Program-made: the position numbers and the translations under genes
Notes under the pieces: model-generated
Told to the model about the DNA's origin: nothing
What the model saw: the letters and a program-made list of their open reading frames with translations, nothing else
Database searches by the model: none
Shown here: positions 1 through 11,960 of the stretch, piece after piece
Position numbering within the stretch: the first letter of the stretch is position 1
How the letters are laid out: every line of letters starts with the position of its first letter
Origin: Glaucostegus cemiculus
Lineage: Eukaryota
Direction of reading: 5' to 3'
Assembly (NCBI GenBank): GCA_976551045.1
Contig: CDPCPM010000052.1
Location: 12,586,001 to 12,650,000 of the forward strand
Length of the DNA stretch: 64,000 nucleotides

Positions 1-2095
1 CCAACACTGACAGCAATGTATTCCACTGTAATCTCCATGGGCCTGCATTTCCTGCACTCTGTCATCAATCCACGGGCTCAGCCTGGATGAAGATGTTGAG
101 GATGCTTCAGCCTCACCTACTGCATTAAGGGTGGATATATCCAGGGATCTTCCTATTCTCCTTGGCTGTTTAAATGTGGAGTCCAGAAGGTGTTGGTGGG
201 AGCAGCACCCGGCTCATCTAAAAATGTGGAGCCAACCCGAAGAAGCTGCCACACAGGACTACAGCCACACTAAACCGTCGGAGCTGCAGACTATGGACCC
301 CGCAGCCCGTCAAATCCCATTGTAAGTGGTAGTGGATAATTAAGCAGCCAAGGAGAATAGGAGGACCCCTGGATATATCCATCCTTAATGCAGTAGACGA
401 GGCTGAAGCATCCTCAACATCTTCATCCAGCAAGGCTGAGTGGATGATCTGTCTTGGCTTCCACCACCCTCCACCACCCACTCCCACCCCCCACCATCAT
501 CACAGAAGCCATTGAGCCAATTCTATTCACTCCACTTGATATTAAGTAACAGCTGAGTGCACTGTATACAAATAAAGAAATGAGACCTGACAATATCGCT
601 GTTGTAATGCTGAAGACTTGTTCTCCTGACCTTTTAGGCAAGCTGTTCCAATAATGCTACAACACTGATAGTGTGTACAACAGCTGAGATACAGAGGGCA
701 AATACAATATCATCACTACTCTATCCGTGTACTCTCAACTATCAACAAAGTGATGGACAGTGTCATTGACAGCACTATAAAGCAGCACTTACCCATCAAT
801 AACTTGCTGAGTGGTGCTGAGTTTAGGTTCTGGCATAAACAGTCAAGATCTTATTATAGAACAAACAGGAAAATAAAGCAAGGAGAGGTGAGAGTGACAG
901 CATTTGGCTGAGAGTGGCATCGAGCATGCCAGGTAAAATTCAAGTCAAGGGAACCTGGTGGGCAATTCTCCACTGGCTGAGCTATACTTAGATGAGGATG
1001 GTTGTGGTTGCTGAAGGATCTCAGCCCTGAGATTTGTTGCAGGAGTTCCACAAAACACTGTCCTGGGCCCAGCCATCGTTAGCTGCCCTATCTGAGAGCT
1101 TCCCTGCATCAAGTGGTTAGAAGTGGCAATGTTCGTTATTGATGGCAGTGGTCAGCTCTACTCACAACTGCTCAACAATGAGGCAGTGCCTTCCCTATGA
1201 AGCACAACCTGAACATCATTCAGTTCTGCACGAGAAAGTGGCAATTATATACATGCCACACAAATGTCAGGCAACAACCACCCCCAACTAAAGGAAGTAT
1301 AATGCCTCCCTATCTGGTCAAACAGGACATCCTGATCATTGCTATGCCCACGAAGTGGAGGGAAACCACACAGCAGAATGTAAGTAATCACACCAGCAGC
1401 CCAGATATCCACCTTCAGACCATATCCAGCTTCTGCAATTATTTCTGGTGCCACATGTGTAGGGGTTCCACAGAGGCCAATCAACCGCTGTTGCTGTTGG
1501 TGAATTCACTGTCATCATTAATGACTGGAAATGTAAGTGGACCAGCCACATAAATATCAGGGCTACATGTTCAGGTATCCTGCAGTGAAAGACTCATGTC
1601 TTGATTCCCCAAAGCCTTTCCATCAAGCAGAGTGTCGTGTCAGGTACAACCCTAGCACAACTTACCTGGATACACACAATGCAACCGACATCGAGAAATA
1701 TCAACGTCATCCAGGGCGAAGCAGCCTGCTTCACTGGCTCTTCATCCACCACACTCCCTCCCTCCCTCCACCACCAGGGCAGTGTTTGCCACCCACAACA
1801 TGCACTGTAGCAGCCTGTTGCTGTTTCTTTGCCAGCACCTGCCAAACACACAATCTCTACCATCAAGGGCAACAGGAGAGAATGAACACCTCCAAGGTAC
1901 TTTCCAAGTCATACACCATGCCTTCGTCAGCTTCGGGTCTAAATCATGGAACCCCCACCTAACAGCACTAGCGGAGTACCTTTACTCACACACAGAATAA
2001 GAAGACAGTCACCACCCCTGCTATAAGGCAAGTAGAGACAGACACTGCATGCTGACCTTGCCAGTGACTCCCACATCCCATGTATGAATAAAGGA
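1..2095 (+). mobile_element. Decayed CR1/L2-group LINE (ORF2/RT region and 3' end), interrupted by two insertions
   Basis: RT-region-like DNA (GCAGGAGTTCC..GTCCTGGGCCCAGCCATC..GGCAATGTTCGTTATTGATG) and a tail CCCACATCCCATGTATGAATAAA; related to the copy at 3530-4510. Confidence 0.75.
1311..1475 (-). pseudogene. DCLK1: DCLK1-like (doublecortin-like kinase) fragment, kinase subdomains VIII-X
   Basis: [54 protein letters not shown]; very close to the DCLK1/2 motif, C-terminal part closer to DCLK1; no other kinase exons nearby. Confidence 0.85.
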
Positions 2096-3529
2096 AACTC
2101 AAGTTCGCTTCATTGTTCAGGTAGGACTTGAACCTGGTGCCCTTTACACAGCCAAGGCTCAGTTTCTTACCTCAGATCATATGCTTTGTTGAGCACAGCT
2201 TGAATACAAAATGGGTAAAAGGTATAAAACGTCAGTTCCTTCTCTGTTTGCAAATCAAAGTCATAATTCACCTCACCTCAAGGTCAGTTGGGACAAGCGT
2301 CACTCCCTCAGCAATTCAACAGTGCGACTGAGCCTGGAAACAATGATGGTGCCTTGTGCTGTGAAGGTGATCATAACTCTTCACTGGTTACTGTGTACAG
2401 GCAGCTGTTCCAATGTAAGTGACAAATCCAGTGGGGAGATAAAGCCTGGATTAGAGAGTAGCCTTTGGACTGCTGAACAAAGATACTATTAAGATGAATG
2501 GGGAGCTGTGCTTCTTTCTGAAGACATCATCAAACGTCTTTCAGCAAATTCATTTCTTCCTTCTTGACAAGAAGTCAGAGTGAGCACATGGGCACTGGGA
2601 AGCAGATGCAAGAAGGGACTCTGAGGACTTTGTCTTTTGTTCAAGTAGAGTGGTGTTACAATGTGCCGGTGATTGCGAGTAATGCTCTTTATATTTTGCA
2701 GAACACTAGATGTTCTCGGCAGTTAATGAATGCACCAATCAATTTTGCTTTGCATCAGTTTTCCCAATCCTTAATCAAGACCACTGTTGACAGTTTAACA
2801 TCGCCAGATCATTCTACTTTAAGGAAAACTCTCATTGTAGGCCAGATGAAAATGTAAGTTAACTGTCACCCAGCAACAAGATGGTTTTATTCTGGAATTA
2901 AATTGCATTACTGAAACATCTGAAGCATAATGGGTTACCTGTTGCCTCAGACATAGGATTACAAAGTGACTGCTCCTCTGCTGCCAGAGAGACAGGCTCA
3001 GTGAATTCATTATTTTCCTGGTTTTAGCAGATTAAAATTCTAGCTGTCTCTCTGTGCTTGTAAAACACAAAACCCTCTCTGCTCTCTCAGATGGTATAAA
3101 AGATCCCATATCGCCATTTCAAAGAAGAAAGTGTGCACTGGCCAAAACCAAGCCCTCAGCTGAGGTACTAGAGGTGGTAAGTGTGCTGTCTCTTGCACAC
3201 TAATTGTCTGCAAAGCCCTTTGAGACACCTGAGGCTGTGAACATCACTGCAGAAATGCAGACCTCTCTCCTGAAGTGTGTTCAGTGTGATGGAATACTCT
3301 CCCTGTACGTGCAGGGTATGGATGGCAGGACACTGTGACAGAGAGAATAGCCAGCTCATTGTCTCAATCATCTATGAAGAATGCTCTCTCCTGGGCCCTT
3401 TGTGGTAGCTCTATTGGAGTAACTACTCTTGACATCTAGGGAACATAAAAGGGCCTCATTATAGCTGACATGCCGTGATCAAAGGGCAAACTCTAGGGTC
3501 ACAACTTGCATAAGATTTATTGGCGGTTG

Positions 3530-4510
3530 ATATCAGACCCAGGACATTGCTGCGGGAGCTCCTCACGGCAGTGCCCAAGACCCAATCATCTTCAGCTGCT
3601 TCATCAATGACTTTCTTTCCATCATTAGATTAGAAATTATGATGGTACAACGTCAATTCCCTTTGCTACTCCTCAACAAATGAAGCTGTCCACATGCTCC
3701 AAGACTTTGACGACATTCAAGTGTGGGTTAATAAGTGGCAAGTAATGTTCATGCCATAAAAGTGGCAGGTAATGAACTCCAACAAAAGAGAGCCTAATAC
3801 CCACGCTAAACATTCAATCAATACTATCATTGTGAAGTCCCCCACATCCCCCCAATGCTGAGCGTCACCATTGATGAGAAACCTAGATACTGTCACAATG
3901 AGAGCAGGCCAGTGGAGGGTTCCCCATAACAAGTGGCTCACCTCCTGATGTCTCAATACCTCACCACCACCCACAAGAGTCAAACGAGGAGCTGATGGAA
4001 TACTCTCCACTTGCCTGGATGAGTGCAGCTCAGGAATTTGACACCATCTGGGATAAAGCAGCCCACTCAACTTGTAGGTCAGCTACTACCCCTAAACCCT
4101 TGCCTCCTCTACCACCAGTGGGTGCAGTGAGTGCCATCTGGGAATTGCACTGAAGTTATGTGCTGAGGCTACTTTGATAATATTTCCCAAACCATGACCT
4201 CTGTCACCAAGGAGGTCAAGGGCAGCAGGTACGAGGGAATACCACCGCCCTGAAAATGATGTACTGCTGTAGCTCATGGCTGGTTAGGAATGGGCAATAA
4301 CTGCTGCCTGTACCAGCAATGCCAACTTCCCAGGCAATAAATCAATACACCTCAGGCCATCCTGATTTGGAAACGTATGAATATGTGATTGATACATTTG
4401 GAAGTGCACTAGGTCTAGTACATTAGACCTAGTACTAGGTCACTAGGTCTAAACCCTGGAATGCCCGATACACAAAAGCACCGTGGGAATACCTACAGTA
4501 TGAACAGTGC
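3530..4510 (+). mobile_element. Second decayed, 5'-truncated copy of the same LINE family
   Basis: CCCAATCATCTTCAGCTGCTTCATCAATGAC and ATGGAATACTCTCCACTTGCCTGGATGAGTGCAGCTC, collinear with part of 1-2095. Confidence 0.7.
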
Positions 4511-5581
4511 AACAGATCACTCAGTTCCTCGGCCAGTTCTGGATTGCTGAAAATGGATCACATTGTTGGAGATACCTCACCCCCTGTGCCACCAGTTGTA
4601 GACCCCTTGTGTCCGGGCCAGCTGCAGGGCATCCCCCTTTGATCACTTGCAGCAGATCATGGGTTTTGCAGGTGATCTTCTCCCTCTGGCAGAAAGCAGT
4701 TGCTCAGGCAGTACAGGAAACTGCCCGAGACATTGGCTCACAGACTGAAACTTATTTGGGTGCCTTGGCTGTTGAATTGCTCTCAATTTCCTTTGCAAAT
4801 CATGAGTGTGCATTTATAATGTGACTTGCACTTCTCAGCAAGTTGAAGAGAAAGGCCTTGTGGGTGTTGTATGCACAAGTGTGCACAACAGGCTGTAGGT
4901 GGGACTAACCATTGACAAGGACAACTTGCAACAGCCCTGCCATCTGGTCCATGCCCAGCCAACTAACGAACTATGTGAACAATGTGCAAGAACCACAGCC
5001 CGTGTTACTTAAAGGATTCCTGAACATTGGGTGTTTTGGAAATGCTCAGGTCGTTTGTTGGAACTGTGCTGTGAGATGAATTTTCCATTGGCAGGTATCT
5101 GAGATGGAAGAAATCCTCTCTGGATTTGTTCCAGGGGCTCGGTACAACCTAGTTAAGAATTCATCAGTAAAGTTTAAGGCAGCCCTTCTTTGTAAATTAC
5201 AGGATCTCAACAATGCTGAGACTTGTGTTTAATGAGATGTGGGTGTGACTGTTGAGGCAGTGATGCAGGCAGAGTGTGGTGGGCCAGATCGTTGTTGTGC
5301 AAGAGTCCTGACTGTCGGAGATTGTGGTTGGGTAAATGATTGGATGGTGTGTTGTGCAGCAGTACGTGGGGGTAGTGGTGCAGATTTGCTCATGTGTTTG
5401 CTGACCTTGACCACAGCTCTGCAGTCATTAACCTTTTCTGCACCTGGGCTTTCAACCCCTGGCACTTTGATAATTAGCCACATTCTGTCTTAGCTGTTTC
5501 ACAATGAACCAGGTGACCTCCTGGGTCACTGGAGTTGGGAACTCCTGTCCTCCCCTACCCTCTACCTCACTTCTGTGTCCT

Positions 5582-5857
5582 CCACCTCAGAGCAGCACTG
5601 TCCTTCCCTCCACCTCAGAGCCACACCTCTGTCCTCCCCTCCACCTCAGAGCAGCACTGTCCTCCCCTCCACCTCAGAGCCACACCTCTGTCCTCCCCTC
5701 CACCTCAGAGCAGCACTGTCCTCCCCTCCACCTCAGAGCCACACCTCTGTCCTCCCCTCCACCTCAGAGCCACACCTCTTTCCTCCCCTCCACCTCAGAG
5801 CAGCACTGTCCTCCCCTCCACCTCAGAGCCACACCTCTGTCCTCCCCTCCACCTCAG
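5582..5857. repeat. Minisatellite of mostly alternating 28-bp and 31-bp units (59-bp dimer)
   Basis: CCACCTCAGAGCAGCACTGTCCTCCCCT / CCACCTCAGAGCCACACCTCTGTCCTCCCCT. Confidence 0.95.
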
Positions 5858-7234
5858 GGTGCCTGCTCCCATCACTGTCCTGCCATAGCTCCCTCCAAGC
5901 ACAGGGTCATGTCAGTTGTTTGGGGTCACTGTATGGGTCTGTCAGGGCTAGCCAATTGGATTCAGCTGGTGCTAACCACCCTCACGATTTCACCAGTGCA
6001 AAGGACAGCACAGCTGGCCGGAGGTTGCAGTCACCTTGATGAGTTAGCACATGTTTTAAGTTGCGGCCTGCCCTGGGTCAACGCAGTGCAATTCACTCAC
6101 CTGTGGTGATGCCAGCTCACATTTTCCAGTATGAGTCCAACTAGTCCCCAGCTGTTTCTCAAGGACAGCAATAAGTACAGTGGGTCAACTGGATTCAAAC
6201 CGCTGACAAGAAATGACAAGAAGGTCCAATGGTAATTAAAGCTCGACAGTGTGAGGTTGAGGTAATTAGGAGCTCTGTAATAAACTGATTTGAAGATGTC
6301 CTTTGTGGATTTGTTTTTTTCAATGGATCCATCAAATGAACCCCGATTACTAATTAAATTTATGAAGAGTGATTAGAATTCAAAAATAGTCTGGCAGCGA
6401 GGATGGAAAGTGCAGCTCTGTGGGATATCTTCCAAATAATCAGAGCTGTTCTGTAATGTAGGATTGCTTCTCAAATTCACACCTTTCTGTTCAGTTCTCC
6501 CCCAATTCCCATTCTTTCTGCTCCCGAAGGAACCAACATTCTCTAGGGTACAGGATCCAAATACATGGATTGTCACCAGTGTGTAGTATCCACTGGCACT
6601 GACTCTGACTGGGATTTGATTTCCCCGGTGCTGGTGCCTTTTGGTATCTGACCTGCTTTCACACATGGTGAGCTGATGCAAGGTTGAAGGGGGCAGCCAT
6701 ACTGAGTGCTGATCCATTTTAGCTCATCTGCCTCGGTAGGAGGTCTCAGCACCACTCTCGGTGAAACATCTGAAATTCCATTCTCACATTCGCCTTATGT
6801 GGTTCAAAGTAAACTTTGTCTCATTAGGCTCCTGTGAAACATCTCGAGACATTAACCATAGTAAAGGGTCCATGTAAATTCAAGTTACTGTTGTGACACA
6901 GAAAGAAGACATTTGACATTAAGCCTATGATCAGATGATTTTGACCTTGCCTACTTGGGTGCTTAAAGTGCCCACATCTCTTACCTACTTTTATCCTGTG
7001 AATTGGGATCATAACTGCTTGTCCTGAACAGCTGAGAGAGGTGAGGCTTTCTTTACGTTTGTAGAACAGGCTGTGGTGCCAGTTCATTTTAGTCTGAGCC
7101 CTGCTCTCCTCACGGTTGTTAATCAAACCTTGAAAGCTGTCAATCAGTAGTGACATTTTCTTTTTATTTCAAAAATAAACTTTATTCCAAAAAAGATATA
7201 TACAAGAAATATAAAAAATATAAAAACACAGTGC

Positions 7235-7740
7235 ATGGTTTTCCTTGCATTCACAGCTACTTCCCTTCAACCATTCAGTTCTTGAACCAAACTGCACAAC
7301 CTGAATCACTACCTCAGTGTAGCAACACTACCTCAGTGTAGCAACACTACCTCAGTGTAGCAACACTACCTCAGTGTAGCAACACTACCTCAGTGTAGCA
7401 ACACTACCTCAGTGTAGCAACACTACCTCAGTGTAGCAACACTACCTCAGTGTAGCAACACTACCTCAGTGTAGCAACACTACCTCAGTGTAGCAACACT
7501 ACCTCAGTGTAGCAACACTACCTCAGTGTAGCAACACTACGACCACTTTCATCACTTTGCACTACAATGCAATTTTTTTTTGTTATAGTTGTGTTCATTC
7601 TTGTAAAAATTCAGTATAATTTATGTTTAATTTATATTTTTCTTGTGAACGCCGCTTATCTGATGCTATGTGCCTGTGATACTGCTGCAAGTAAGTTTTT
7701 CACTGCACCTGTGCATATGACAATAAACTCGACTTTGACT
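7235..7740 (+). mobile_element. LINE 3' fragment (Rex1/L2-like tail) nested in the Tx1 3' UTR
   Basis: Ends ACAATAAACTCGACTTTGACT; a reverse-complement copy of the tail lies at 43730-43875. Confidence 0.65.
7306..7540. repeat. Perfect 19-bp tandem repeat CACTACCTCAGTGTAGCAA, about 12 copies
   Basis: Read directly; no spacers. Confidence 0.97.
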
Positions 7741-9929
7741 AGTGTTGTTCAGTCTGTATATTCATGGTTTATCAGTTCCATATATTTGCAGCATTAGCAC
7801 TTCCTGTGTATAAAGCCCCGTTACCACTCATGTGGCTGCCTTGGACTATACAAACTTTTACACGAGGAACAGCCCCTCAGTGACTAGTGGCAGCAAGACC
7901 TTGGACTGCCAACCTTCCCTACAAAACGTTTGTGTCAGCTGCACCAAGCTTTAGTGCAGTCCTCAGCATGTACTCCCAGAACCTGGAATGAGCCACTCGG
8001 CAGCATTCTCTGACAGGCACTTTGCTGTACTGGAAGACCAACAAGTTCTGGGCAGACCAAAGTGCGTCTTTCACTGAGCTGATGATCTTCCAGCAGCATG
8101 ATGCTCGTCTCTGTGTGTCCCTGGGAACAGCCCGTAGATCAGAGAATCCTCTGTAACACAACTGCTCAGTCCAAACTTCAACAAGGATCCTTGCGTCCTT
8201 TTACAGACCTTCTCTGCAAACCCACAGTCCACAAAGAGGTGGGAGATTGCCTCATACTGGTGGCAGCATGCACTGTGGGTGAGGCATCCACTGTGCAGGA
8301 AGGATTGACAGGGGAGGCCACTCCCACTGCCAGCCAAGCAAAGTCTTGGTGCTTGTTGGTGAGCTCTGGCGAGGAGGCTTTCTGCCAGATAGTTTTGACA
8401 GTTTGCCTGGGAAACCAACCCACGGGACTCACCATGTCCTTCTCTCGCAAGCCCTGCAGGGAGTCCACGCTGACCACTGCCTGATGGGCTTGTGGTCAAA
8501 GGTGTTTCCTGAGAGAGCTTTTCCCTGTAGGACAGGAAGTGAGGTAATGTCAAGCTGAAAGGAACGCTGTGCAGCCATAAAGCCAGGCTCATCCTTTGCA
8601 GAACTGGTGACCTGTAGAATCTCAGGACATAGTGGTGCTTGGTGTTTGTGTATTTCTGATCTACTCACACACAACAGTGGCTGTCAGGGTGAGGGCCCTG
8701 TTGGGTACGTTTCTCCACCTGTTATCCGGGGACATGGGTATCGTGGCCATTGGACACCCTCCATCATAGATCCCCAGATGATCGGGAAGATGGTGCCGGT
8801 GACTGCCAGGGTGGAGAAGTGGGGGAAACGCCACACCTGTACCAAGTACAGCAGAACCGCAAGCACCTCGCACCTTATTCCCGGTCATTGAGAGTGACCG
8901 CCACTCCCACAGGTCCAATTTTTGTTTAACCTTTGCCACCTGCTCCAGCCAATTTTTGCTACACACCTCGGCCCCTCCAAACCGGATCCCCAACACCTTC
9001 AGGCAGTCAGACCTGGCAGTGAAGAGGACAGTGCATAGGGCGGGAGAGTTGCCGAAGAGCATGGCCTCGCTCTTCCCGTGGTTACCTCTGACCCACTGGG
9101 CCAGCTCAAGCTGGTCGCAGATGCCGATCGATCTGCAGACTGACCGTGGGTGTGAGCAGAAGATGTCATCCCCGCACAGGGAGGCTTTGATCTGGGTTCC
9201 CGTTCCCTCCTCCACATATTCGTCTCCTTCTGATTCCTGCCTCTCACTGCAGCCCCGCCCAGAGTGCAGTGAACCCCTTCTAGGGAAAGGTGTCGTACAA
9301 CAATGAAGGATGCTGGTTAGGCCTGTGCCTGAGTCACGGTCCAGTCTGTCAATCCTGCTTGTTCTCTTCCCCCATTTCCCTCCAGTTGTTTGCCCTTTGC
9401 GTACTTACCCAGTTTCCTTCTGAAACTTTCGGCAGAACTTGATTTGATCCCAGTTTCATCAATTCACTGGGCAATAAATCTCAGCTCCTCTCCCCTCCAT
9501 TTCTTCTGTCATTCTGTGTCCCCTACCACAGAAATGTTTCATCCCAGTCACACTGTCATAACTTTGGAATCTTGTATCAAGTGTCCTCTTAACCTTTCTC
9601 TGCTTGAAGGAAAACTCTGCCACTTTCTCCAGTCCCCAGGATGTTCATCCTCAATGAGATTCGAAACAATGACAAGGATGAAGCTCTTGCTTCCCTGAAT
9701 TTGACACTTACCTTCTCTCAGAGCCCAAGAGGTGACAGTAACACTCAGGTGACTGCTGCAGTTTCAGCCAAATAATTAATTTCACTTGGTCTACTTCTGA
9801 AAGTTGCTCACAGAGGAATTGCTGCCAACTTCACATCCTGTCTGTCAGCAGAAGCCCCCGTGTTCCTGGTGTGCCTCTGGACCTGTACTGTCTGTCTGAA
9901 TGACCAATGTTAACTCCCAGGATCACAAG

Positions 9930-10600
9930 GAATCAGAAGAGTGATCGGGGCAGGCCATTGGCCCTTTGACCTGCATCTCTGTTCAATAAGATCATGACTG
10001 ATCCCCATTTCCTCCAGATCCTAAAATGCATCAAGCCGAGGATATCCTTCCTCAGGTAAAGAGATCTAAATTCGCCACAGTACTTCAGGTGTCGTTTCAC
10101 CAAGGTCTCGTACAACTGCAGTAAGGCTCTGGATTGGAATCATACTTTGTAATAAAGGCCAGTACACCAGTTAGTTCCCTTTTTGCCTGGCTCTCTATGT
10201 GCACATCTCTGTGATTCAAGTCCAAGGTCACCCAGAAACCTCTGAAAACCAGCATTTCCCACCCCCTGACAAAGGGCATACTGGACACTCAGCTTTTCTG
10301 CCTACATCCCTCTACATCCTCTATCCCATCCAGCTTTTTATTATCAGCACCCAGGTTAGTTTAAAGCAGTCCCCTCAACTAACTCTTTAATGCAGATTGT
10401 AAGCAGCCAAAATCCAAGCATTGGCCCTTACAACCTGCCAACCAGATATTGAGTCATTAATCATTATTCCCTGCATTTTGTTTGTTATTCAATCCTCAAC
10501 ATTACACAATCACATGACCCTGAACTTCCTGTAATAAACACTTCACAGGTGCTCTTTGAACATCCAGATACATAACATCCATTGGTTTCCCTCCTCTCCT
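9930..10600 (-). mobile_element. Decayed CR1 LINE fragments
   Basis: MYETLVKRHLKYCGEFRSLYLRKDI resembles the CR1 ORF2 C-terminal motif LYxxLVRPHLEYCVQFWSP. Confidence 0.6.
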
Positions 10601-11199
10601 CCATCAGCTCCACCCTCAGGAAACAGATCTGTCAAACACTATTTTGCCTTGTGTTTGCCTCTCTCTGAACATCATCTCCCCTTGTCCCTAATACTAGATT
10701 CTAGCATATTGTCAGGCCACTTGACCAACAGTTCTCTGTTTTCTCTATCTCTTTAGCAACAAGACTAACTTTGCTATCTAGTAATTCATGGTGTCAATGC
10801 TAAGATCCAGGGAAGATCAAATTTACTTCATCCACTATCTTTACATCGACTTTTTTAAAAACACAATTTGTGTTACGCAGAATTTCTTTTAAGAATAACT
10901 TCACTGCCTTTTCCTTATTCGCTGTTATAATTGCCATCTGCATTGATATTCTATTCTTTGTACATCCTCACAGAAGCTTCAATAATCATTTTATGTCTCT
11001 TGCGAGTTTGTTCTTCCTTTGCTGGCTGTATTGATGCTGCTTGCCTCCCTTTGGCCTGAATGAGAAACTTAGTTCACTTCTGCCTCTGATTTCCTCTTCT
11101 GCCATCTTGGCATTGTCCACCTCTGATTCTTCCATTCCCTTCCTCACTGTTGCTACTTCCTTTTCAGGAGGGGGATTAGTGACCACTATCAACTATTAA

Positions 11200-11960
11200 C
11201 CAATAGTGACTTTGACCATTTTTCCTGCTGCCCTGCTTTTCCTGTAAGGAATCAATTCCTAACACCTCTGCCTACCTCACACACACTACCTTCTGATTTG
11301 TCTTCCTTTTCCCTCAGTTGATTCCCCCTTCACAGCAATGTCCAGGGTCCTCAACCATGTTTGTGTCCCATAATCCTCTTCTCCTTCCCTCTAGGTCTGC
11401 CCTTTTCTGTACCTTCCAACCCTCCAGCTTCTCCATTCAGTGGATAATCTTCTACCCTGTCCAATACCTCCTATACGATTCTGCCAACAAAGACATCTCT
11501 CCTTCCCACCACACACTATTCTCTGCCAACTCCCCTTTTGGTTTCCTACCTGGGATGCTGGTTCTCTCCACCAATACCCACTGCCCTTCCCATGGCACTT
11601 TCTTATATAGTCCCAGAAAATACAACACCTGCCAGATTAACTCCTCAACAGTGATAGTCTTGCACTTTAAATTTCCTACCTTGCATATTTTGCAAACAAT
11701 GTGGTCTCCTCTACATTGGGAAAACCAAACCCAAGCTGGGTAACCACTCTCCAGAACACCCGTGTTTAGCCTGTAAGCAAGATCCTGAAGTTCAGGTGGT
11801 CTGTCATTTTAGTTCTTCATTCCACGTTTACGCTGACCTTTCTGCAGTCAACCTCCTATTCTGTTTCAAGAAAACTCGACAAAAGCTTGAGGAACACCTT
11901 ACCTTCTGACTAAGTCCATTACATCCTTCTAGACTCTACATTTTAATTTAACAACTTCAA
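11200..11960 (+). mobile_element. Penelope-like element remnant with GIY-YIG endonuclease region
   Basis: From about 11702 the DNA reads CGLLYIGKTKPKLGNHSPEH..KQDPEVQVVCHFSS, a decayed CGLLYIGET..RF.EH..VA.HF motif. Confidence 0.7.

Larger units (their letters stand above)
7160..9260 (-). mobile_element. L1/Tx1-clade LINE remnant (RT C-terminal half, zinc-binding region, 3' UTR), frameshifted
   Basis: ORF pieces IKASLCGDDI (decayed YADD), LKVLGIRFG, NWLEQVAKVKQKLDLWEWRSLS, IWQKASSPELTNKHQDFAWL, EAISHLFVDCGFA; A-rich 3' end near 7165. Confidence 0.85.

Noticed and set aside
1245-1484. Functional DCLK gene exon
   Set aside because: Isolated, embedded in a LINE, no suitable splice sites at the homology edges, and substitutions at conserved positions (TH for TY, PPL for PPF).
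7306-7540. CRISPR-like regular repeat
   Set aside because: Head-to-tail 19-mers with no spacers, no cas genes, and a vertebrate context.
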